In this document: positions 22,999 through 35,624 of the stretch, in pieces
Numbering within the stretch: the stretch's first letter is position 1
Layout of the letters: the number at the start of each line of letters is the position of its first letter
DNA from: Epithemia pelagica
Lineage: Eukaryota > Protista > Bacillariophyta
DNA: 64,000 bases
Direction: 5' to 3'
NCBI GenBank assembly: GCA_946965045.2
Contig: OX337237.1
Location: 806,001-870,000 of the forward strand
The notes under the pieces: model-generated
Databases searched by the model: none
What the model was told of the DNA's origin: nothing
What the model saw: the letters and a program-made list of their open reading frames with translations, nothing else
Translations under genes and position numbers: made by a program

Positions 22999-24462
22999 TC
23001 AAGAACTTTCACTCAAAATGATACGGAACTGCTTCAGCTGGTTCGGTCCGCCCCCTAACTTACGCGACATCGTTATATCGTTGGGGACAACGAAGAAGAG
23101 CTCGAAGCACCCTAAGCCATTAAACAGAGTTTCTGCATTTGCTGAAAGTGGTTTGCTTCGTCCTGCCTTCATTTGAAGTGGTACGGTACCGTTTTGAGAA
23201 GTAAAGACAGAATCGAGCACCGGGAAATTGGACAGGTGTGGCAGCAGATAGCCGCCACTTGGGTTCTTTCGTGTCTCAAGAATAGCGTCCGTCAAAGGCT
23301 GACCAAGGTTGTTGTCCTTCAAGACGATTTTTGGTAATGATGCTGGGATGGTAAACTGTCTTGTAGCTGATCCGCTGCCGGTTGTCGTCAGGCTCTGCGC
23401 GATTCCGGCGACCCCTTCCGCGAGAATTTTCTTGTGGGCATACGCCTCGAACCGAATTCCCTTCAAAGTGCCATTTTGATCGAGAGTGTTTTCATACAGC
23501 GCCCATAAAGATTTCACTTCTTTTTCCATCAAGCGGTCACGAAGCCTCGTCCGGACATCTTCGCCGCAAAGCTCGATCGAGTAGTTATAATGGTCGACGG
23601 TCCCATCACTGTTACTGAGAGGTTTGAGGAAATAAAGAGACCATAGGTGCTTAAAGGCCGCATCCACTTCGCCTCCATCAATGACTTGTGGTTGATCGAC
23701 CGCTTGTCTCAGAGACTTTTCCTGCTTTTGTTTCACTTGCTTGAGTGCTGAGTCTTGGCCATTTGGCAGCAATTTCGGAAAGAGGTACCGCGGAACACCT
23801 CCAATGTTATTGTATCGGCTAGTCAATAGCTCTTCCGAGACTGAATTGCTGTAGCGCACGCTCCGCATTTGCTTCGCTTCTGCAAGCGAAAGCGTGCCCA
23901 AGTAGAGAATTCCTTGACTTTCCGCCGTTGCTTTAAAGAGTTTTTTGCAGTTCTCCGGATCCGGAGACACGGCAACCAAGATATCCTTTCCAAAAAAATG
24001 CTTCCGTGTGTAATTTTGCGTTTCCTTGGAGTTCTCGTGAGGATCAAACAGCACCACATCCACGTCTGTGCTATTAGCCACGTCCAGTTTCGTCAAAGCC
24101 TCAAATACGCCTCTAAACACTTCGTAGCCACCACCTTTCGATGGTGGATAGAACTTGTACATGCAGTCGGAGGGACAATCTGCATACAGTACCGTTTTCC
24201 CCTCCGTAAGCAATCGAAAAAGGACATAGTCGAGAAAACAAGACTTTCCAATACCCGGTGTACCCTTCACGAATACAGCTTGGATGCCACCACTCCATAG
24301 AGACTGACATTCCGAATACAACGACAGGTAAGCAGGATTCACAAACAGCGTTTCGGAATCCGCTGCCGGCCAATCCATGTCTCCTTTGCACACCACGCAT
24401 TGTCTTTTTTCCTGCATTTCCCATCGCAGCCGACGGGAAGCCTCTTCTTGCACGGGCGACAT
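22999..24462 (-). CDS. Crinkler/RHS-type CR-NTPase + restriction-endonuclease-fold (CR-REase) protein
   Basis: LFVNPAY..L; VFVKGTPGIGKSCFLDYVLFRLL (P-loop); VLFD; VAVSPD; RYNNIGGVPRYLF; KGIRFEAYAH; YLLPHLSNFPVLDS..VPLQM (PD-(D/E)xK-like REase). Likely ATG at 24462; intronless and intact. Confidence 0.8.
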   Translation of the reverse strand: MSPVQEEASRRLRWEMQEKRQCVVCKGDMDWPAADSETLFVNPAYLSLYSECQSLWSGGIQAVFVKGTPGIGKSCFLDYVLFRLLTEGKTVLYADCPSDCMYKFYPPSKGGGYEVFRGVFEALTKLDVANSTDVDVVLFDPHENSKETQNYTRKHFFGKDILVAVSPDPENCKKLFKATAESQGILYLGTLSLAEAKQMRSVRYSNSVSEELLTSRYNNIGGVPRYLFPKLLPNGQDSALKQVKQKQEKSLRQAVDQPQVIDGGEVDAAFKHLWSLYFLKPLSNSDGTVDHYNYSIELCGEDVRTRLRDRLMEKEVKSLWALYENTLDQNGTLKGIRFEAYAHKKILAEGVAGIAQSLTTTGSGSATRQFTIPASLPKIVLKDNNLGQPLTDAILETRKNPSGGYLLPHLSNFPVLDSVFTSQNGTVPLQMKAGRSKPLSANAETLFNGLGCFELFFVVPNDITMSRKLGGGPNQLKQFRIILSESS

Positions 24463-25114
24463 GATAGAATTCAAAGGACCTCCAATTATTCTGCCTCTCG
24501 TGAATGGCATACACTCACTAATAACTAGTCGCTCGTCGTCGACGAGCGGAGAAAAGCCAAAGGACAACTTCGGAATGATCGGATGGAAGGACGGACCGTT
24601 AACCTGACCCCACAGAACCTGACAGTGAAGAGAGCCACTTCCCACAAGAAGAATGGTCTGCAACTGCCTATGGAGACACTCAAGAGGACATCCCCTCAAA
24701 TGCCCCGGCTCCTAGGGGAGTTGGTTTCAGAATGAGAGCAATGGTTGACTCTGATCACGCAGGAGAGTTGCTAACATCCGTGACACCACTTTTCTTGTCG
24801 CTCGATATAGCATGTGATTTCGGGTAGCGACCATCCATTTTTATTCTTACCGGGCTCAACAACACTTCCTGCAGCTGCAACATGTGATTCTCGATATGTC
24901 CCTGTTGTATTGTTTTCGGAGATATCACATACCATCAATGGGGAGCGCACCAACAACATGACGATGGGTGGGCGTAGTCACACTTCGGCAACCAACCACA
25001 ATCATACTTAATGTGAAATGAGCTTGGTGTCCCATTCTTGTCCACGCTCACTGTAGGGAACAGAAGTCTTCCTTTTCACCTTTTGCATTAGTCCAAACAC
25101 AGTGTAGAGCCCAT

Positions 25115-26999
25115 TCAATGTACCTTTGGCTGGTTATGCCAACGACGGTGTCCAGGTTGTGAATTCCAAATGAGACACGGCCAGAGTGAATCCAATCTGC
25201 ATCCCCTCTCGCTAATATCTGGTCGGGCTCCATAGCGCAGGTATGTCACGGCAACACCCACATGATTGCTTTGATTGTTAACGGTGTTGTGCCGCATGAG
25301 TTTAGGGTGAGTTAGAAACGCTGTACAAATCATCAAGGGACACCAACGCAACGACGAACACCGCTGTTCGAGAATTAGTTTGATCATGGACAATCGCTCG
25401 TTATGTTCATTGGAAGCCAACCTTTCAAGCTTTCAAGGAGGGTTCGAACCTCCGTAGCATCTCCATGAATCGTACACCTGATGAGTGTGGGACACGAGTT
25501 CCACATTGGAAAGTTATCTATATCGCCTCCCTTGAACCAAAGAGTACGGAGTATTTGACGTCCACATGCCGTCGAAGGAGGGCGTTGATCACCGTCGCCA
25601 TCTTGTTCTTTATTCCATTTGACATTGGTTCCCGCTCTAACCAACAAATTTTCAAAAATCGACTTTTGTTGTTCTGCCGAATCGACTCTCTCCATTTCCG
25701 ACATCAATGCAAAGATTTCCTCATCAATCCCATAACCATTCATAAAGTCGACGAAGCTTTGAAAATCAGGAGGCAGTTGTTGCGATTCACTATGTAGTCG
25801 GTTGGTAAGGTGATTGTGAATGACATATTTCATGAGTGCACGGTTCACTGGTAGAATGTGCGAATGTTTATCTAATACCATGCAACGTGCGGGTATTCCA
25901 CCCGCATTTTCTAGATCCAACGAACAACCATGCTTCTCCACCAAGAATTAAACCACATCGTTGCGGGACGACACACCCACCTCGAACAACGCGGTCGTAC
26001 CTGCACGATCTTGATCATTCAACAAGTTTCGTTTCTTATCTTCAATACAAGGCCCTCCAACAGACTGAAACAAATTGCTTGGTTTTATAGACATTTATCT
26101 TTTGGCAACACCATCGATCTCTGGAAGCTGGACGACGCATCGTCCACTCGGCCATCAAATCCTGTCAATAAAACTGACTTGCCATTCAATTCTGGATTGG
26201 CTTGCAGACCATCCACGATAACCACTTTGCCATAGTAGGCTGAAACGCGAGCAGCGGCAATACAATACTCCACAATCAGCAAGGATTCGAGTGTCGCAAT
26301 ACTACTAGCTCCATAATGGACAATCGTTTTCCCAGTCACATCTTTGGCATCGGGTCGAGCTCCGTACCTCAGCAGTGCAGTGGCAATATCCACATGGCCC
26401 TTTTTGTCGAATCCACGTGGGGGACTTGTAGAAGTGTCAGTGGTAAGAACCATGTAGACAGACATGCATACGAGCAAAGGAGACAAGCGCATGGATGTAC
26501 ATCGTGTTTCGAGAAGCTCACGGAGAGCAGACGGTATCGTCCTTCCTCTGCTTTTATCCACCAGTGTCATATCACCGTAGGCGTAGTCAAACGCTTGTTT
26601 GAGGACGTTTCGGACCTTGGCCGTTTCGCCTCGAGCCACCTGTCCAACGAATGGAGAAAAGGCGTTCCACAGCATGTATTGTTGGATATCTCCTCCTTTC
26701 GAAAACAAACTTTGTAATATCTGACGTTTCGCCTCGGTCGACGGGGAACTTTAATCACCATTGTCCATGGGTTGACCATCATTGAGTTCGACATTTGTTT
26801 CTGCTTCAATCAGCAACTCGCGAATGACAGGTTCTCGGCCTTCAATGGTTTCTCTCGAGTCCAATATTTCAAACAAGGCACGTGAGTTGTGACTCAATTT
26901 CATTGAGCAGAAGTATTCAACAAAATTTTCCGGGAGAGGGAGATCACCACTCTCGTGCTCTTCTTCACTGATCGACTGTCGTTGCTCTTCTGAATTCAT
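25115..26999 (-). pseudogene. Two-unit ankyrin-repeat protein pseudogene
   Basis: LLRYGARPDAKDVTGKTIVHYG and DQDRAGTTALFEV..FLVEKHGCSLD ankyrin motifs. Internal duplication (QILQSLFSKGGD / QILRTLWFKGGD; LRYGARPD twice). In-frame TAA at 26751 and just upstream of 25944, plus frameshifts. Confidence 0.7.
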
Positions 27000-27382
27000 T
27001 TTTCTTGGAGGAATATGACCAAGTTGATTATCTAGATACCCCTCTGAAATGATGGTGACGCCGACGAGATTGTGGGCAGCTCAGACAATGAAACGATGGC
27101 CGAAGTTTGGCTTACCTCATTTTTCGGTCGCCCTTGGAGCATTTTGTGCGACCGTTCTCTTGTGGTGGCGACAAAACGGGGGGTTTGTGCTTTGGTGACT
27201 GCACTATGTGAAAAGGGCGATCAACGAAACATGTCACATATCACTTTCAATGTAGAGGAGTAATGATTATTTTACATTCTAGAAAAGACGCAGAAGTCTA
27301 TAATATTATTCGAAGCTACTCTCCTATGGAGATTGTGTGTCTTTTGCTTCGTTTTTGGACACACGCACCTTTTTTTTTAGCA

Positions 27383-27687
27383 CGGCGTAACAGGTGTGTC
27401 TTGACTGATCCCGCTATTCACCAATGCCGTCGTCGTGAGTCGAACCATTTTGTAAGCAGAAGCCACCAACGTCAAACGGATTTGGGTGGTTGAGGAATAC
27501 GGGCGTTTTTGAGTCTCATGAATGCAATGACATCTACCGACTCCTGGGACTATGCGACAAAAAGAAAGAAAAGATCGTGCAGCGTCATCAAGATATAAAA
27601 GACAAAAGCAACCACATCAATATCAAAGGCATCCACAACAGTGGCGTCTCTAGGGCAAAGACTTACAGCACAAACAGGGCGAACTAA
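27383..27687 (+). pseudogene. Degenerate inverted copy of the alpha-kinase 3' end
   Basis: VLTDPAIH..SNHF..TDLGG*GIRAFFESHECNDIYRLLGLCDKKK matches the C-terminus of the 18626 gene on the opposite strand. Confidence 0.85.
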
Positions 27688-28494
27688 GCCCGCTCTATGC
27701 TAGAAGAACAGATTTGGTGGCCACAGGGGCCCGTCCCGATCACCACATGGCTATCACATCTACCAATCGTAATGATAGCTATGGTCGAAGTTTTACTTAG
27801 GCGAACAAGAATGGCTATGAGAGAAACTTCGCCATAGAATCAGTGTTTCGTTGCAGAAGCGATCTGACAACTACTGTGAAAACTCTAGAATGTAGCACAA
27901 TGACAAGTCCATTCTTTAAACAAATCACAACATTCTCGTGGCATTCACATGCAACTGAAGGTTTCATCTCATTCAGAAAGTGCACGCGAGCTTGAGAAAG
28001 GTGCAACAAGATGAATACATCCCCAGGAAACGCCGTACATGGCCATCAAAACCACTACAGGCGTATAGCGCTCCATCTCCATCGTCATCCCACCGAAGAA
28101 ACGCTTTTGAAATAATAAGACAAGGAGCAGCAGGAGGATTTTGGATACGCTCGCACACGTATCGAGTCTTTGGTTCTAGGGAGCATTTTTCTTGATCATA
28201 GTCCAAACGATAGGTAGCTGACGGCATTCTAACACATAGGAGTAGTCACATTGCACTCACTCCCCAGAAGACAAAGGTAAAGCGAATGGTTACGGGATTG
28301 GGAAGTCAAATTTCCTCGGATGTTAGGCAACATGTTACTTTTTAATCACGAATATTGGACCCGCTGAAGAACATCTGACCGCTGGATTTTCTCCTCGTCA
28401 TCCTGCGTGTTTTGTGTGACCATGACGACGGCGGAGAAGAGGTCCGTATTGGCCATTTCCACCACCGATCCTCCTTGCAAATGACAGCTTCATC

Positions 28495-31400
28495 ATGAAC
28501 GTGGCGGAAGAGAAGAAAACGAAAGATGACACATCTCATTCCTCAACTGGTTTACCATGTACGGCTAGGATGACTGCTGCCGCCGACGATAATGGATCAT
28601 CAGATGACATGATGAAGAAACAGGAAGACGCAGCATCACCAGAACAAGGAGTAGATCTTCAGGAAGAAACGAAACCCAAGAAAGACGACTTCACGTCGAA
28701 CATGACATTAAGGGAAACAGAAGAATGTTTCGATGCTTCCCAGAAAACAAGGATCCAAGAGAAAGCGATGGATTCCAAAACGAAACACAAGCGACTTCAA
28801 GTCTCTAGTAATAGCTTTCCGGAAATACAGCTTTTGCCGGAAACGCAGCGTAGGACAAAGGAAACCAGAAGCACTGTGGCTGATATCAAAGAAACGAAAA
28901 AGAGCAACAAAAACAGGAATGTCACAATCAAGCGCGATGGCACTAATAAAAAGGACCAACCAGCCTACAGCAGCTCCGCTGTTCGATTGATGAAAGAAAT
29001 CTCGGGCCTTGATCCACATTCCAGTACTCATCATTCTTCTTCCTTTGAAACAACAATGAATATTGTGGACCAGTCTCATCGTTCTTCTCGGATCAATGAA
29101 GAACGCCACGCCTTAGACGGTAACATTTCTTCATCAAATGAAAACCAAGAACACCACACCGCAAACGCTGCTCCGCTGCCATTTACAAATCATAACCACA
29201 ATCTTCAAGGAAACGGTCTGGGAGGTCGACTTGTCTTGCCGGGAGCCGTGTCCTATTCGTTTCGCAATGGTCGTCGCGAACATCGACGACCACCCCTCCA
29301 ATGGCTGCCTGGAGGCATCATGAGAAAACAACAATTGACGGATGGTGGTCCACAACCTAGTACAGTTTATGAAATGTCGGACGAATTCCGTTCGTCGTCG
29401 TATCGCAATCGATCAAGTGACGATTTTTCGATTTCGGAACGAGACGCTGCGGAAGATCCAAACAATGACATTGGCGATGATAACACAGAGGAACAGCAAC
29501 AGGGCCGCACACAAGTGTTCGGCGATCCCTATCTCATATCTGCCACCTTGGTGGAAGACGACGATACTCGACAAAGAGCTCCTCCTATACCAATCACTCC
29601 AATGGTGGACGATACTCATTTGTTGCCCCTGGTCGATGCGCGAACCTTACCCGAAACGAGCCATGGTATGGGATTCCGTTCGCAAGAGGACAATGGCCCT
29701 CCCCAAGATCTGGAACAACCGGCCGTTCGCAAACCAAAATGCTTTTATGCAATCCAAGGGAGGCGCCTTTATCTGAGTGTCGGTGCAGTCGTGGTGGTGG
29801 TAGTTGTCGTGGTTCTTGTAACCACGCTTGTAGGAGGGGGAGTGAGTGCAAATGAAAGCAACATGGTCATGGACGAGGCCAGTTCACAAACCGTTCCTAC
29901 GGCACTACCATCTGTTCTACCCAGTACATCTCCTTCCACGAGTTTCCTTCCTTCCTCGGCACCCTCGGTTGCACCCAGTATGAAACCGACGACCAGCCTG
30001 GCACCCAGCTCGACACCCTCAATTTCGGCACAACCCTCCGCTTCCCCGACACGAATCGTCTCGGACATGGAACTCATGCTACGAACCAATCACCCAGAGG
30101 TGTTTGAAACGGAAGAAAAACAAACATTTTCCGAACACGATGAATCCTCAAACTGGATGAAGGCCTTACGCTATGTGGAAGAGACATCGACCGATATGGA
30201 GGATTGGAGAATCGCGCAGCGCTATGCCTTGGCAAGCATCTTTTATGCCACCAATGGTGTCGAAACACCATTGGTGTCGAAACACCATTCTATATCGAAA
30301 ACTTTGGGAATAATATATCTGTCATGGAATGGACCAAAGGTGGCTGGGCCGAGCGGGCCGATTCGATTCATGAATGTCGTTGGTTTGGTGTCACGTGCAA
30401 AGCGGACGAAGAGGATCAACCACCATTCGACCGAGACGATGCATCGCCGGCAATTTCCATTATGCTCACGGACCGACAGTTGACAGGGACGTTTCCAATC
30501 GAAGTCGTAATATTGAAGGAAAGCTTGGAAGTTTTATGGCTCTCCAACAATCCACTTTCAAATATCAACAATGGATGGGAGTGGTTGGGGGAGTTAACTC
30601 AACTTAGTAGTCTCAGTTTGGCTAGTACGGGATTTGGCTACGACGAAGGTCTACCGTCGGAATTGGGATTTTTGACAAGGATGGAAAATCTTGAATTGTC
30701 TCGATCTCAGTTACAGGTCCCTTGAATGCCACTGCAGTTTTTGCAAACATGCCAAACCTGGAATATCTTGCGCTCGGTGGTTTTGAAAACTTGACCAACG
30801 CCCATACTTTGTTTGATGTTCTGCCCTTGTTGCCACGTCTTTGGGTTTTGGAACTGAGTCATATTCCATTGAAGAGTTCGATCTCTTTCCAACTCTCGGA
30901 TCTTCCAGATCTCCAAGTTCTCCATCTAGACCATACTGATCTTATGGGTACTTTGGACGAGTTGTTTCGTTACGATGATACATCCGCAACATTGCTTCCC
31001 ATCAAGCTTTGGGGCCTTTATCTTTCCCACAATCCCAATCTGAGTGGTACCCTGCCAACTACGATTGGCCTTTTATCGGGGTTGACTACTGTAGACTTGG
31101 CCCATTGTGGTCTGACAGGACCCATTCCATCCGAGCTGGGGTTGCTTCCCTACTTAGATCATTTGCGTTTGGACCATAATGCCTTGAACGGAAGCTTTCC
31201 ATTCCATACAGGGGAAAGAGTGCGGTCGGTTTCTCTGCAGAATAACAATTTGACGGGAGGACTCGAACATGTACGCACTTTCAAGTCTTAACCTGGACAA
31301 TAATGAATTTCTGGGTGGACCTATTCCAACGACAATTGGATTCTTTACTAATCTTCGCCATTTGGGACTGGCCAATTCTGGTTTGACGGGTTCTATTCCA

Positions 31401-31664
31401 TCAGACATTGGTTTGGCACAATCGATGAGGAAGTTGCGCTTGAATGACAATGCACTCAATGGGACGATACCCTCATTATTTGGTGGCTTCTCATTTCTCG
31501 CTACCCTACAACTGCATCACAACAATTTTACGGGGCCCATCCCGTAGTCCATGTGTGATTTAGAGTTACAAGGAGAATCGCATTTTATGTTTTCGGTGGA
31601 TTGCAGTACCCTCGGAATGGACACATGTACGGATGCGGACTCGTGTTGTACAAAATGCTATTGA
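28495..31664 (+). pseudogene. Type-II membrane LRR receptor-like gene (LRR2), multiply disrupted
   Basis: Same architecture as LRR1. Frameshift from a 17-bp duplication at 30256-30289, further shifts near 30720 and 31270, TAG at 31545, family C-cap CCTKCY* ending at 31664. Confidence 0.85.
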
Positions 31665-32730
31665 AATTGTACAAGCAACGAAACGTTAACGGCAGTGATT
31701 CCCACTTTTGACCTAAGGGCTTAGTTTCATGTTCATTTCTTCACTGAATTCGCAACAGATGATGGGGATTAATTGGAATCGTTGTTCGTCTGAAAGTCGG
31801 TTTCAGTACAAGGTTCTACAGTGCCGATCACTTTGTGGTATTACAGAAACAGGGGAACGATGTGGTATTCCAAAACAGGGAAATGATTTTTAAACAAAAA
31901 CATGAGTTGCTGCTTCGCATGAGTGAGTTGCTGATTTCTCATTTTCACTGAGAAACATGTTGCAGAAACCAACAACCACAACAACCAAACCAACAACCAG
32001 CTTTGTTTCATGGACAAACTGGAGCCCACTCGGCCACTTCTTGAACTTGTAGTGTCGGGAAGGGGAAGTCGTCGATCCATCGGCCGTGTGCCCATCCATG
32101 TGGTCCTATTTCCTTAAAATCGATCATGGATCATGGGTGATGTGCACTCACAGAATTCCAATACGGGGATCGAAAAAATGAGATGCTATTTTGGTTCTTC
32201 TTGAATTCGGTTTTGGTTGGGAATCCTTCGAGTCACACTTCCTTATACTCTCGCTACAAGATACTGCGTAGCCACTCCCATTCCCTACTCCATATCCATA
32301 AGTACGGATACAATGTACGAGTAATAGATTTGCCGGTTGCCTTCGCAATTCTCTCTCCCTACTAAGGTTAAAGGTTACTCCCTCTCGTATTTATATATTA
32401 GCGAACTGCTACCGTATTCATATTGCAGATTGCAGTGTGCCGTGAAGGAAAGGGAGTCGCCGAAGAGTCAGATTCTGACTATTCGAAATTCGAAACTCTG
32501 AAACACTCTGTGTAAAAATTGTATGAGGTTACATAATGAGAGATGAGAGACACCTAACAATGTGAAAGATTCGCTATTGTTGTTTGTTGTACGGTCATCT
32601 CGACAGCAAACCCAGCAGCTAAGGCAAAAGGCAAAGAAGAGCAACCCAAAACGAAAGTGAGCCATGAGAAGATAGGACAATTGGAAGAGGCAAGCAAGCA
32701 AGTAGAAGCAGCATTTTCCATCACCTCACC

Positions 32731-35424
32731 ATGGATCCTGCTGGAAAAGAGAAACGTGATGAGAAACAAGAAACAAGAACTACAGAGATTGAGGATCAGG
32801 ATGGAGAGAGTACCGGCGAGAAGGAGCACACCAACGGAAATCAAAAGCTTCCAAAACGTCCAGTCGGTTTCTCTCATGCAGACGGCAACAAGGAGACGAG
32901 TCTAGATGACAGGGTCCCCTTGGCAACCAACGGAAAGACTTCGCCGCCGTTGTCAGTATCTCCTCCTCCTCCTCTTACTACAAGAAAGGAAACGGCAAAT
33001 GCTCCGACTGATCCGAACGTCGCAGCCACACCGTTTGCCCCCAGTCCACGAGAAGCAGCTTCGTCATCGCCGTCATCGCCTCGTACAGCAAGTACGAAGG
33101 TGCCAGCTCCTTTGGAACGAGCCCCCTTGGGTGGATTGGTGGTTGTCTTGCCAGGAGCCTTTCGATATTCCCTCCGAAATGATGGTCGTCGACAAGGACA
33201 ACGACGGCCTCCCTTGCACCGAAGTTATTGGGCACAGGAGGAGCGTGAGGAAGGAGCGACACGCAAATTGGCCCTGAGCAACCTACATCATGACGAAGCA
33301 TCAATTGGTTCCATTGAGGACGATGAAGTAGCAACCGGCGATAGGGATACTAGGGTCCAGGCCGTTCCGCAGCACGACGACGACATGGAAGCATCGTATC
33401 TTGTTTCGGCCACCTTGGTCGACGACACCCACAACACTACTACTGCTACAGCGAGGGACAACAATAGTGACATGGAACAAGCACTGGTGGATGATTGGCA
33501 TTCACTCCCCTTGGTAGATGCCAGGACTTTACCGACGACCCAGGACAGCCGTTTGGAAACACGCGGCGGAACCACCCATGAGGCATCTGCATCCGCACGT
33601 CAAGATTCTTTCTCGTTGACTCGCAGGAGTGTTGTTGATGGAGGACTGGAGGTTTCTGAACAGGTGCCACAACAGTCTCCCAGTGCTCGGAAACATTGTT
33701 TCAGGAAACGAGGGGGGGAAACGAGCCTTGTCGATAGGATTCCTGCTTCTTGCCATGATAGCGGTGGTTGTCGTGGTCGTTGGTTTGACGACCAATGGTT
33801 GGGGGAACAGAGGAGACAGTGGTACAAGTGAATCCAATGGGAGGAACGAGACTGAACCAGCATCCCCTCCGACGTTGCCTCCCAAAACGACGGCTCCGAC
33901 GATCAGTACAGAACCTTCCCTCCCACCATCTACGGCTCCCAGTTCCAGACCCTCGTCGAGTCTGACCCCATCCACAACACCCACCACTTCCTCCAAACCG
34001 TCCTTTCACCCACGAGATCTGTATCGCAAATTGAACTCATGTTGCGAACGAATCACGCACAAGTGTTTGAAACAGGAGAAAACAAACCCTATCATACCAC
34101 GACGAATCTGCCTATTGGATGAAAGCCTTGCGCTATGTCGACGAGACGTCTGGAGTGGAGAATTGTGCAACGCTATGCCTTGGCCTGTATCTATTACGCT
34201 ACCAATGGTGTTGAAACACAGTATTATATCCAACATTATAGAAATGATGAGAATGACACGTCTTCTGTCGTGGAATGGGAATTTCCTTGGGCAGACCGAG
34301 CTGGCACAATCAATGAATGCAATTGGTATGGGGTACAATGCGAAATTGTGGATGACAGTTTGACTTTTGCCCTGGGGGAAGGTCAAGTCATTGCAATTGA
34401 TCTCTCCACGAGAAGCGGTATCGGTATCACGGGCACCTTTCCCATGGAAGTGATTTTATTGAAAGAAACGTTGGAAGTGATTGCGCTCTCAAACAATCCA
34501 GTGTCCAACAATGGTTGGGAATGGTTGGGTGAATTGACTCAATTGCAAACCTTACGTGTTGACAATACTGGCTTTGGATACGACCAAGGTCTTCCAACCG
34601 AGCTAGGAATATTGACCAACCTTGAAACTCTTGATTTATCCAACTCGTGGTTCACGGGTCGGTTGAATGCCTCAACGGTATTTTCCAACTTGTCGAAACT
34701 CCGAACTCTGTCCCTCGAAGGACTGGAGAACTTGACCCATGCCCACACGGTGTTGGACTATGTGCCCACATTTCGCGATCTCCGATTCTTGACACTCAGC
34801 CACATTTCGTTCCAAACAGAAATTTCTCTCAATCTATTCGACCTTCCTCAGCTCCAGGAGCTGTCCATGAGCCACGCCGATCTGACTGGAAATTTGGACG
34901 TCCTATTTAACTACAGTGCGTCGATCGAGTCTTTCCACACCAATCTTCGAGTTCTCGAGCTTTCCCACAATCCCAATCTCGGCGGCACACTCCCAAGTGT
35001 GATTGGTCAGCTTTCGCAGTTGAAAACTTTGGACTTGGCCCATTGTGGATTGACAGGCTTTATTCCGTCTGAATTGAAGTCGGTTGTCCTACTGGATGAG
35101 TTGCGATTGGACCACAATGCATTGAATGGAAGTTTTCCATTCCATTTGATGAGCAATGGGTTGTTGTCGACTGTATCGCTCCAGAACAATAACTTGACGG
35201 GAGGACTGGAACCCATGTTGGGAAAGGAAAGCATGGATGGATATTTCTATGTATTGGACATACTGGACCTGGACAATAATGTGTTCTTGGGTGGGACGAT
35301 CCCGAGTTCCATTGGTCTTTATACAAGCCTGGACCGACTAGGACTGTCCAATTGCGGTTTGACAGGCTCGATACCATCGCACATTGGCTTGATTTTGTCC
35401 ATGATGCCTACTCGGGAATACTAG
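32731..35424 (+). pseudogene. Type-II membrane LRR receptor-like gene (LRR3), frameshifted and 3'-truncated
   Basis: PGAFRY, YLVSATLVDD and LPLVDARTL motifs. +1 shift at the G7 run near 33712 before the TM, more shifts at 34010-34150, then LRRs that end without the C-cap. Confidence 0.8.
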
Positions 35425-35624
35425 ATATATAGATGGAGGATCGAGCGATTGTATTTCAATCAGCAGGACGCAACAGAATGACTTTCATGACGACGAAGAA
35501 GGCGTGACTAAGCCTTTAGTGTGTTAGAGGATTCTTTTGTCACGAATGCTTTCGTGTGGCTACTCGTAGTGGAATCAAGGGAAATAGAGCGGTCGTGCAT
35601 ATGTATCCGTGTGATTGATTTCTT

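Noticed and set aside
14796-26753. RIP-like CpA->TpA mutation signature
   Set aside because: Any C->T change creating TAA/TAG occurs at CpA by definition, so these stops are not independent evidence. The tandem array shows only a few mixed SNPs.
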